Below are positions 27,001 through 39,000 of a DNA stretch of 64,000 nt, piece by piece. Made by a program: the position numbers and the translations under genes. Below the pieces are notes generated by a model. That model was not told where the DNA came from. It made no database searches and saw nothing but the letters and a program-made list of their open reading frames with translations. The stretch is from Eledone cirrhosa (Eukaryota). The first letter of the stretch is position 1. Each line of letters opens with the position of its first letter. The stretch lies in the NCBI GenBank assembly GCA_964016885.1, contig OZ024745.1:46996001-47060000 (forward strand), written 5' to 3'.

Positions 27001-30000
27001 ATGGGGGGGGGTCCGTTTTTTATTTGAGCACCCCGTTTTTTAGTTGGGTGCCCCGTTTTTTATTTGGGTGCCCCGTTTTTTTATGGGTGGGGCCGTTTTT
27101 TATTTGGGTGCCCCGTTTTTTTATGGGGGGGTCCGTTTTTTATTTGGGTACCCCGTTTTTTATTTGGGTGCCCCGTTTTATATTTGGGTGCCCCGTTTTT
27201 TATTTGGGTGCCCCGTTTTTTTATGGGGGGGGTCCGTTTTTTATCTGGGTACCCCGTTTTTTATTTGGGTACCCCGTTTTTTATTTGGGTGCCTCGTTTT
27301 TTTATGGGGGGGGTCCGTTTTTTATTTGGGTGCCCCGTTTTTTATTTGGGTGCCCCGTTTTTTATTTGGGTGCCCCGTTTTTTTATGGGGGGGGCCGTTT
27401 TTTATTTGGGTACCCCGTTTTTTATTTGGGTGCCCCGTTTTTTTATGGGGGGGTCCGTTTTTTATTTGGGTGCCCCGTTTTTTTATGAGGGGGTCCGTTT
27501 TTTATCTGGGTACCCCGTTTTTTATTTGGGTACCCCGTTTTTTATTTGGGTGCCCCGTTTTTTTATGGGGGGGGTCCGTTTTTTATTTGGGTGCCCCGTT
27601 TTTTATTTGGGTGCCCCGTTTTTTATTTGGGTGCCCCGTTTTTTTATGGGGGGGGCCGTTTTTTATTTGGGTACCCCGTTTTTTATTTGGGTGCCCCGTT
27701 TTTTTATGGGGGGGTCCGTTTTTTATTTGGGTGCCCCGTTTTTTTATGAGGGGGTCCGTTTTTTATCTGGGTACCCCGTTTTTTATTTGGGTACCCCGTT
27801 TTTTATTTGGGTGCCCCGTTTTTTTATGGGGGGGGTCCGTTTTTTATTTGGGTGCCCCGTTTTTTATTTGGGTGCCCCGTTTTTTTATGGGGGGGGCGTT
27901 TTTTATTTCGGTGCCCCGTTTTTTTATGGGGGGGGGTCCGTTTTTTATTTGGGTACCCCGTTTTTTATTTGGGTGCCCCGTTTTTTTATGGGGGGGGTCC
28001 GTTTTTTATTTGGGTGCCCCGTTTTTTATTTGGGTGCCCCGTTTTTTTATGGGGGGGGATCCGTTTTTTATTTGGGTGCCCCGTTTTATATTTGGGTGCC
28101 CCGTTTTATATTTGGGTGCCCCGTTTTTTATTTGGGTGTCCCGTTTTTTTATGGGGGGGTCCCGTTTTTTATTTGGGTGCCCCGTTTTTTTAGGGGGGGG
28201 GTCCGTTTTTTATTTGGGTACCCCGTTTTTTATTTGGGTGCCCCGTTTTTTTATGGGGGGGACCGTTTTTTATTTGGGTGCCCCGTTTTTTTATGGGGGG
28301 GGTCCGTTTTTTATTTGGGTGCACCGTTTTTTATTTGGGTACCCCGTTTTTTATTTGGGTGCCCCGTTTTTTATTTGGGTGCCCCGTTTTTTTATGGGGG
28401 GGGTCCGTTTTTTATTTGGGTGCCCCGTTTTTTATTTGGGTACCCCGTTTTTTATTTGGGTGCCCCGTTTTTTTATGGGGGGGGTCCGTTTTTTATTTGG
28501 GTGCCCCGTTTTTTTATGGGGGGGTCCCGTTTTTTATTTGGGTGCCCCGTTTTTTTATGGGGGGGGGTCCGTTTTTTATTTGAGCACCCCGTTTTTTAGT
28601 TGGGTGCCCCGTTTTTTATTTGGGTGCCCCGTTTTTTTATGGGTGGGGCCGTTTTTTATTTGGGTGCCCCGTTTTTTTATGGGGGGGTCCGTTTTTTATT
28701 TGGGTACCCCGTTTTTTATTTGGGTGCCCCGTTTTATATTTGGGTGCCCCGTTTTTTATTTGGGTGCCCCGTTTTTTTATGGGGGGGGTCCGTTTTTTAT
28801 CTGGGTACCCCGTTTTTTATTTGGGTACCCCGTTTTTTATTTGGGTGCCTCGTTTTTTTATGGGGGGGGTCCGTTTTTTATTTGGGTGCCCCGTTTTTTA
28901 TTTGGGTGCCCCGTTTTTTATTTGGGTGCCCCGTTTTTTTATGGGGGGGGCCGTTTTTTATTTGGGTACCCCGTTTTTTATTTGGGTGCCCCGTTTTTTT
29001 ATGGGGGGGTCCGTTTTTTATTTGGGTGCCCCGTTTTTTTATGAGGGGGTCCGTTTTTTATCTGGGTACCCCGTTTTTCATTTGGGTACCCCGTTTTTTA
29101 TTTGGGTGCCCCGTTTTTTTATGGGGGGGGTCCGTTTTTTATTTGGGTGCCCCGTTTTTTATTTGGGTGCCCCGTTTTTTTATGGGGGGGGGCGTTTTTT
29201 ATTTCGGTGCCCCGTTTTTTTATGGGGGGGGTCCGTTTTTTATTTGGGTACACCGTTTTTTATTTGGGTGCCCCGTTTTTTTATGGGGGGGGTCCGTTTT
29301 TTATTTGGGTGCCCCGTTTTTTATTTGGGTGCCCCGTTTTTTTATGGGGGGGGATCCGTTTTTTATTTGGGTGTCCCGTTTTATATTTGGGTGCCCCGTT
29401 TTATATTTGGGTGCCCCGTTTTTTATTTGGGTGTCCCGTTTTTTTATGGGGGGGTCCCGTTTTTTATTTGGGTGCCCCGTTTTTTTAGGGGGGGGTCCGT
29501 TTTTTATTTGGGTACCCCGTTTTTTATTTGGGTGCCCCGTTTTTTTATGGGGGGGACCGTTTTTTATTTGGGTGCCCCGTTTTTTTATGGGGGGGGTCCG
29601 TTTTTTATTTGGGTGCACCGTTTTTTATTTGGGTACCCCGTTTTTTATTTGGGTGCCCCGTTTTTTATTTGGGTGCCCCGTTTTTTTATGGGGGGGTCCG
29701 TTTTTTATTTGGGTGCCCCGTTTTTTATTTGGGTACCCCGTTTTTTATTTGGGTGCCCCGTTTTTTTATGGGGGGGGTCCGTTTTTTATTTGGGTGCCCC
29801 GTTTTTTTATGGGGGGGTCCCGTTTTTTATTTGGGTGCCCCGTTTTTTTATGGGGGGGGGTCCGTTTTTTATTTGAGCACCCCGTTTTTTAGTTGGGTGC
29901 CCCGTTTTTTATTTGGGTGCCCCGTTTTTTTATGGGTGGGGCCGTTTTTTATTTGGGTGCCCCGTTTTTTTATGGGGGGGTCCGTTTTTTATTTGGGTAC

Positions 30001-33000
30001 CCCGTTTTTTATTTGGGTGCCCCGTTTTATATTTGGGTGCCCCGTTTTTTATTTGGGTGCCCCGTTTTTTTATGGGGGGGGTCCGTTTTTTATCTGGGTA
30101 CCCCGTTTTTTATTTGGGTACCCCGTTTTTTATTTGGGTGCCTCGTTTTTTTATGGGGGGGGTCCGTTTTTTATTTGGGTGCCCCGTTTTTTATTTGGGT
30201 GCCCCGTTTTTTATTTGGGTGCCCCGTTTTTTTATGGGGGGGGCCGTTTTTTATTTGGGTACCCCGTTTTTTATTTGGGTGCCCCGTTTTTTTATGGGGG
30301 GGACCGTTTTTTATTTGGGTGCCCCGTTTTTTTATGGGGGGGGTCCGTTTTTTATTTGGGTGCACCGTTTTTTATTTGGGTACCCCGTTTTTTATTTGGG
30401 TGCCCCGTTTTTTATTTGGGTGCCCCGTTTTTTTATGGGGGGGGTCCGTTTTTTATTTGGGTGCCCCGTTTTTTATTTGGGTACCCCGTTTTTTATTTGG
30501 GTGCCCCGTTTTTTTATGGGGGGGGTCCGTTTTTTATTTGGGTGCCCCGTTTTTTTATGGGGGGGTCCCGTTTTTTATTTGGGTGCCCCGTTTTTTATGG
30601 GGGGGGTCCGTTTTTTATTTGAGCACCCCGTTTTTTAGTTGGGTGCCCCGTTTTTTATTTGGGTGCCCCGTTTTTTTATGGGTGGGGCCGTTTTTTATTT
30701 GGGTGCCCCGTTTTTTTATGGGGGGGTCCGTTTTTTATTTGGGTACCCCGTTTTTTATTTGGGTGCCCCGTTTTATATTTGGGTGCCCCGTTTTTTATTT
30801 GGGTGCCCCGTTTTTTTATGGGGGGGGTCCGTTTTTTATCTGGGTACCCCGTTTTTTATTTGGGTACCCCGTTTTTTATTTGGGTGCCTCGTTTTTTTAT
30901 GGGGGGGGTCCGTTTTTTATTTGGGTGCCCCGTTTTTTATTTGGGTGCCCCGTTTTTTATTTGGGTGCCCCGTTTTTTTATGGGGGGGGCCGTTTTTTAT
31001 TTGGGTACCCCGTTTTTTATTTGGGTGCCCCGTTTTTTTATGGGGGGGTCCGTTTTTTATTTGGGTGCCCCGTTTTTTTATGAGGGGGTCCGTTTTTTAT
31101 CTGGGTACCCCGTTTTTTATTTGGGTACCCCGTTTTTTATTTGGGTGCCCCGTTTTTTTTATGGGGGGGGTCCGTTTTTTATTTGGGTGCCCCGTTTTTT
31201 ATTTGGGTGCCCCGTTTTTTTATGGGGGGGGCGTTTTTTATTTCGGTGCCCCGTTTTTTTATGGGGGGGGTCCGTTTTTTATTTGGGTACCCCGTTTTTT
31301 ATTTGGGTGCCCCGTTTTTTTATGGGGGGGGGTCCGTTTTTTATTTGGGTGCCCCGTTTTTTATTTGGGTGCCCCGTTTTTTTATGGGGGGGGATCCGTT
31401 TTTTATTTGGGTGCCCCGTTTTATATTTGGGTGCCCCGTTTTTTATTTGGGTGCCCCGTTTTTTTATGGGGGGGTCCGTTTTTTATCTGGGTACCCCGTT
31501 TTTTATTTGGGTACCCCGTTTTTTATTTGGGTGCCCCGTTTTTTTATGGGGGGGGTCCGTTTTTTATTTGGGTGCCCCGTTTTTTTTATGGGGGGGTCCG
31601 TTTTTTATTTGGGGACCCCGTTTTTTATTTGGGTGCCCCGTTTTTTTATGGGGGGGGGTCCGTTTTTTATTTGGGTGCCCCGTTTTTTTATGGGGGGGGT
31701 CCGTTATTTATTTGGGTGCCCCGTTTTTTTATAGGGGGGTCCCGTTTTTTATTTGGGTGCCCCGTTTTTTTATGGGGGGGTCCGTTTTTTATTTGGGTAC
31801 CCCGTTTTTTATTTGGGTGCCCCGTTTTTTTATGGGGGGGTCCGTTTTTTATTTGGGTGCCCCGTTTTTTTATGGGGGGGTCCGTTTTTTATTTGGGTGC
31901 CCCGTTTTTTTATGGGGGGTCCCGTTTTTTATTTGGGTGCCCCGTTTTTTTATGGGGGGGGTCCGTTTTTTATTTGGGTACCCCGTTTTTTATTTGGGTG
32001 CCTCGTTTTTTTATGGGGGGAACCGTTTTTTATTTGGGTGCCCCGTTTTTTATTTGGGTGTCCCGTTTTTTTATGGGGGGGTCCGTTTTTTATTTGGGTG
32101 CCCCGTTTTTTTATGGGGGGGGTCCGTTTTTTATTTGGGTACCCCGTTTTTTATTTGGGTGCTGCGTTTTTTTATGGGGGGGTTCCGTTTTTTATTTGGG
32201 TGCCCCGTTTTTTATTTGGGTGCCCCGTTTTTTTATGGGGGGGTCCCGTTTTTTATTTGGGTGCCCCGTTTTTTTATGGGGGGGTCCGTTTTTTATTTGG
32301 GTACCCCGTTTTTTATTTGGGTGCCCCGTTTTTTTATGGGGGGGTCCGTTTTTTATTTGGGTGCCCCGTTTTTTTATGGGGGGGGTCCGTTTTTTATTTG
32401 GGTGCCCCGTTTTTTATTTGGGTGCCCCGTTTTTTTATGGGGGGGTCCGTTTTTTATTTGGGGACCCCGTTTTTTATTTGGGTGCCCCGTTTTTTTATGG
32501 GGGGGGGCCGTTTTTTATTTGGGTGCCCCGTTTTTTTATGGGGGGGGTCCGTTTTTTATTTGGGTGCCCCGTTTTTTTATGGGGGGGTCCCGTTTTTTAT
32601 TTGGGTGCCCCGTTTTTTTATGGGGGGGGGTCCGTTTTTTATTTGGGTGCCCCGTTTTTTTATGGGGGGTCCGTTTTTTATTTGGGTGCCCCGTTTTTTT
32701 ATGGGGGGGTCCCGTTTTTTATTTGGGTGCCCTGTTTTTTATTTGGGTGCCCCGTTTTTTTATGGGGGGATCCGTTTTTTATTTGGGTGCCCCGTTTTTT
32801 ATTTGGGTGTCCCGTTTTTTTATGAGGGGGTACGTTTTTTATTTGGGTGCCCCGTTTTTTTATGGGGGGGGGGTCCGTTTTTTATTTGGGTACCCCGTTT
32901 TTTATTTGGGTGCTCCGTTTTTTTATGGGGGGGTTCCGTTTTTTATTTGGGTGCCCCGTTTTTTATTTGGGTGCCCCGTTTTTTTATGGGGGGGTCCCGT

Positions 33001-36000
33001 TTTTTATTTGGGTGCCCCGTTTTTTTATGGGGGGGTCCGTTTTTTATTTGGGTACCCCGTTTTTTATTTGGGTGCCCCGTTTTTTTATGGGGGGGTCCGT
33101 TTTTTATTTGGGTACCCCGTTTTTTATTTGGGTGCCCCGTTTTTTTATGGGGGGGGTCCGTTTTTTATTTGGGTGCCCCGTTTTTTATTTGGGTGCCCCG
33201 TTTTTTTATGGGGGGGGCCGTTTTTTATTTGGGTGCCCCTTTTTTTTATGGGGGGGTCCGTTTTTTATTTGGGTACCCCGTTTTTTATTTGGGTGCCCCG
33301 TTTTCTATTTGGGTGCCCCATTTTTTTATGGGGGGGGTCCGTTTTTTATTTGGGTGCCCCGTTTTTTTATGGGGGGACCGTTTTTTATCTGGGTACCCCG
33401 TTTTTTATTTGGGTACCCCGTTTTTTATTTGGGGGGGTCCCGTTTTTTATTTGGGTGCCCCGTTTTTTTATGGGGGGGGTCCGTTTTTTATTTGGGTACC
33501 CCGTTTTTTATTTGGGTGCCCCGTTTTTTTATGGGGGGGGTCCGTTGTTTATTTGGGTGCCCCGTTTTTTTATGGGGGGGTCCGTTTTTTATTTGGGTGC
33601 CCCGTTTTTTATTTGGGTGCCCCGTTTTTTTATGGGGCGGGTCCGTTTTTTATTTGGGTGCCCCGTTTTTTTATGGGGGGGTCCGTTTTTTATTTGGGTA
33701 CCCCGTTTTTTATTTGGGTGCTCCGTTTTTTTATGGGGGGGTCCGTTTTTTATTTGGGTGCCCCGTTTTTTTTATGGGTGGGGTCCGTTTTTTATTTGGG
33801 TGCCCCGTTTTTTATTTGGGTGCCCCGTTATTTTATGGGGGGGTCCGTTTTTTATTTGGGTGCCCCGTTTTTTTATGGGGGGGGGTCCGTTTTTTATTTG
33901 GGTGCCCCGTTTTTTTATGGGGGGGTCCCGTTTTTTATTTGGGTGCCCCGTTTTTTTATGGGGGGGTCCGTTTTTTATTTGGGTGCCCCGTTTTATATTT
34001 GGGTGCCCCGTTTTTTATTTGGGTGCCCCGTTTTTTTATGGGGGGGTCCGTTTTTTATCTGGGTAACCCGTTTTTTATTTGGGTGCCCCGTTTTTTTATG
34101 GGGGGGTTCCGTTTTTTATTTGGGTGCCCCGTTTTTTATTTGGGTGCCCCGTTTTTTTATGGGGGGGTCCCGTTTTTTATTTGGGTGCCCCGTTTTTTTA
34201 TGGGGGGGGTCCGTTTTTTATTTGGGTACCCCGTTTTTTATTTGGGTGCCCCGTTTTTTTATGGGGGGGGTCCGTTTTTTATTTGGGTGCCCCGTTTTTT
34301 TATGGGGGGGGGTCCGTTTTTTATTTGGGTGCCCCGTTTTTTATTTGGGTGCCCCGTTTTTTTATGGGGGGGTCCGTTTTTTATTTGGGTGCCCCGTTTT
34401 TTTATGGGGGGGTCCCGTTTTTTATTTGGGTGCCCCGTTTTTTTATGGGGGGGTTCCGTTTTTTATTTGGGTGCCCCGTTTTTTATTTGGGTGCCCCGTT
34501 ATTTTATGGGGGGGTCCGTTTTTTATTTGGGTGCCCCGTTTTTTTTATGGGGGGGTCCGTTTTTTATTTGGGTGCCCCGTTTTTTTATGGGGGGGTCCCG
34601 TTTTTTATTTGGGTGCCCCGTTTTTTTATGGGGGGGTCCGTTTTTTATTTGGGTGCCCCGTTTTTTATTTGGGTGCCCCGTTTTTTTATGGGGGGATCCG
34701 TTTTTTATTTGGGTACCCCGTTTTATATTTGGGTGCCCCGTTTTTTATTTGGGTGCCCCGTTTTTTTTATGGGGGGGTCCGTTTTTTATCTGGGTAACCC
34801 GTTTTTTATTTGGGTGCCCCGTTTTTTTATGGGGGGGTTCCGTTTTTTATTTGGGTGCCCCGTTTTTTATTTGGGTGCCCCGTTTTTTTATGGGGGGGTC
34901 CCGTTTTTTATTTGGGTGCCCCGTTTTTTTATGGGGGGGGTCCGTTTTTTATTTGGGTACCCCGTTTTTTATTTGGGTGCCCCGTTTTTTTATGGGGGGG
35001 TCCGTTTTTTATTTGGGTGCCCCGTTTTTTTATGGGGGGGGGTCCGTTTTTTATTTGGGTGCCCCGTTTTTTATTTGGGTGCCCCGTTTTTTTATGGGGG
35101 GGTCCGTTTTTTATTTGGGTGCCCCGTTTTTTTATGGGGGGGTCCCGTTTTTTATTTGGGTGCCCCGTTTTTTTATGGGGGGGTTCCGTTTTTTATTTGG
35201 GTGCCCCGTTTTTTATTTGGGTGCCCCGTTTTTTTTATGGGGGGGTCCCGTTTTTTATTTGGGTGCCCCGTTTTATATTTGGGTGCCCCGTTTTTTATTT
35301 GGGTGCCCCGTTTTTTTATGGGGGGGTCCCGTTTTTTATTTGGGTGCCCCGTTTTTTTATGGGGGGGTTCCGTTTTTTATTTGGGTGCCCCGTTTTTTAT
35401 TTGGGTGCCCCGTTTTTTTATGGGGGGTCCCGTTTTTTATTTGGGTGCCCCGTTTTATATTTGGGTGCCCCGTTTTTTATTTGGGTGCCCCGTTTTTTTT
35501 ATGGGGGGGGTCCGTTTTTTATCTGGGTACCCCGTTTTTTATTTGGGTACCCCGTTTTTTATTTGGGTGCCCCGTTTTTTTATGGGGGGGGTACGTTTTT
35601 TATTTGGGTGCCCCGTTTTTTTTTATGGGGGGGGTCCGTTTTTTATTTGGGTGCCCCGTTTTTTATTTGGGTACCCCGTTTTTTATTTGGGTGCCCCGTT
35701 TTTTATTTGGGTGCCCCGTTTTTTTATGGGGGGGTCCGTTTTTTATTTGGGTGCCCCGTTTTTTATTTGGGTACCCCGTTTTTTATTTGGGTGCCCCGTT
35801 CTTTTATGGGGGGGTCCGTTTTTTATTTGGGTGCCCCGTTTTTTATTTGGGTGCCCCGTTTTTTTATGGGGGGGATCCGTTTTTTATTTGGGTGCCCCGT
35901 TTTATATTTGGGTGCCCCGTTTTTTTATGGGGGGGTCGGTTTTTTATTTGGGTACCCCGTTTTTTATTTGGGGACCCCGTTTTTTATTTGGGTGCCCCGT

Positions 36001-39000
36001 TTTTTTATGGGGGGGGTCCGTTTTTTATTTGGGTGCCCCGTTTTTTTATGGGGGGGGTCCGTTTTTTATTTGGGTGCCCCGTTTTTTTTATGGGGGGGTC
36101 CGTTTTTTATTTGGGGACCTCGTTTTTTATTTGGGTGCCCCGTTTTTTTATGGGGGGGATCCGTTTTTTATTTGGGTGCCCCGTTTTATATTTGGGTGCC
36201 CCGTTTTTTATTTGGGTGCCCCGTTTTTTTATGGGGGGGGTCCGTTTTTTATCTGGGTACCCCGTTTTTTATTTGGGTACCCCGTTTTTTATTTGGGTGC
36301 CCCGTTTTTTTATGGGGGGGGTCCGTTTTTTATTTGGGTGCCCCGTTTTTTTTATGGGGGGGGTCCGTTTTTTATTTGGGGACCCCGTTTTTTATTTGGG
36401 TGCCCCGTTTTTTTATGGGGGGGGTCCGTTTTTTATTTGGGTGCCCCGTTTTTTTATGGGGGGGGTCCGTTTTTTATTTGGGTGCCCCGTTTTTTTATGG
36501 GGGGGTCCCGTTTTTTATTTGGGTGCCCCGTTTTTTTATGGGGGGGGGTCCGTTTTTCATTTGGGTACCCCGTTTTTTATTTGGGTGCCCCGTTTTTTTA
36601 TGGGGGGGGGTCCGTTTTTTATTTGGGTGCCCCGTTTTTTTATGGGGGGGTCCGTTTTTTATTTGGGTGCCCCGTTTTTTTATGGGGGGGTCCCGTTTTT
36701 TATTTGGGTACCCCGTTTTTTTATGGGGGGGTCCGTTTTTTATTTGGGTGCCCTTTTTTTTTATGGGGGGGGTCCGTTTTTTATTTGGGTGCCCCGTTTT
36801 TTATTTGGGTGCCCCGCTTTTTTATGGGGGGGATCCGTTTTTTATTTGGGTGCCCCGTTTTATGTTTGGGTGCCCCGTTTTTTATTTGGGTGCCCCGTTT
36901 TTTTATGGGGGGGTCCCGTTTTTTATTTGGGTGCCCCGTTTTTTTATGGGGGGGTCCGTTTTTTATTTGGGTACCCCGTTTTTTATTTGGGTGCCCCGTT
37001 TTTTTATGGGGGGGTCCGTTTTTTATTTGGGTACCCCGTTTTTTATTTGGGTGCCCCGTTTTTTTATGGGGGGGGTCCGTTTTTTATTTGGGTGCCCCGT
37101 TTTTTATTTGGGTGCCCCGTTTTTTTTATGGGGGGGGGCCGTTTTTTATTTGGGTGCCCCGTTTTTTTATGGGGGGGTCCGTTTTTTATTTGGGTACCCC
37201 GTTTTTTATTTGGGTGCCCCGTTTTCTATTTGGGTGCCCCATTTTTTTATGGGGGGGGTCCGTTTTTTATTTGGGTGCCCCGTTTTTTTATGGGGGGACC
37301 GTTTTTTATCTGGGTACCCCGTTTTTTATTTGGGTGCCCCGTTTTCTATTTGGGTGCCCCATTTTTTTATGGGGGGGGTCCGTTTTTTATTTGGGTGCCC
37401 CGTTTTTTTATGGGGGGACCGTTTTTTATCTGGGTACCCCGTTTTTTATTTGGGTACCCCGTTTTTTATTTGGGGGGGTCCCGTTTTTTATTTGGGTGCC
37501 CCGTTTTATGTTTGGGTGCCCCGTTTTTTATTTGGGTGCCCCGTTTTTTTATGGGGGGGTCCCGTTTTTTATTTGGGTGCCCCGTTTTTTTATGGGGGGG
37601 TCCGTTTTTTATTTGGGTACCCCGTTTTTTATTTGGGTGCCCCGTTTTTTTTATGGGGGGGTCCGTTTTTTATTTGGGTACCCCGTTTTTTATTTGGGTG
37701 CCCCGTTTTTTTATGGGGGGGGGTCCGTTTTTTATTTGGGTGCCCCGTTTTTTATTTGGGTGCCCCGTTTTTTTATGGGGGGGGGCCGTTTTTTATTTGG
37801 GTGCCCCGTTTTTTTATGGGGGGGTCCGTTTTTTATTTGGGTACCCCGTTTTTTATTTGGGTGCCCCGTTTTCTATTTGGGTGCCCCATTTTTTTATGGG
37901 GGGGGTCCGTTTTTTATTTGGGTGCCCCGTTTTTTTATGGGGGGACCGTTTTTTATCTGGGTACCCCGTTTTTTATTTGGGTACCCCGTTTTTTATTTGG
38001 GGGGGTCCCGTTTTTTATTTGGGTGCCCCGTTTTTTTATGGGGGGGGTCCGTTTTTTATTTGGGTACCCCGTTTTTTATTTGGGTGCCCCGTTTTTTTAT
38101 GGGGGGGTCCGTTGTTTATTTGGGTGCCCCGTTTTTTTATGGGGGGGTCCGTTTTTTATTTGGGTGCCCCGTTTTTTTATTTGGGTGCCCCGTTTTTTTA
38201 TGGGGCGGGTCCGTTTTTTATTTGGGTGCCCCGTTTTTTTATGGGGGGGTCCGTTTTTTATTTGGGTACCCCGTTTTTTATTTGGGTGCTCCGTTTTTTT
38301 ATGGGGGGGTCCGTTTTTTATTTGGGTGCCCCGTTTTTTTTATGGGTGGGGTCCGTTTTTTATTTGGGTGCCCCGTTTTTTATTTGGGTGCCCCGTTATT
38401 TTATGGGGGGGTCCGTTTTTTATTTGGGTGCCCCGTTTTTTTATGGGGGGGGGGTCCGTTTTTTATTTGGGTGCCCCGTTTTTTTATGGGGGGGTCCCGT
38501 TTTTTATTTGGGTGCCCCGTTTTTTTATGGGGGGGTCCGTTTTTTATTTGGGTGCCCCGTTTTATATTTGGGTGCCCCGTTTTTTATTTGGGTGCCCCGT
38601 TTTTTTATGGGGGGGTCCGTTTTTTATCTGGGTAACCCGTTTTTTATTTGGGTGCCCCGTTTTTTTATGGGGGGGTTCCGTTTTTTATTTGGGTGCCCCG
38701 TTTTTTATTTGGGTGCCCCGTTTTTTTATGGGGGGGTCCCGTTTTTTATTTGGGTGCCTCGTTTTTTTTATGGGGGGGGTCCGTTTTTTATTTGGGTACC
38801 CCGTTTTTTATTTGGGTGCCCCGTTTTTTTATGGGGGGGTCCGTTTTTTATTTGGGTGCCCCGTTTTTTTATGGGGGGGGTCCGTTTTTTATTTGGGTGC
38901 CCCGTTTTTTATTTGGGTGCCCCGTTTTTTTATGGGGGGGTCCGTTTTTTATTTGGGTGCCCCGTTTTTTTATGGGGGGGTCCCGTTTTTTATTTGGGTG

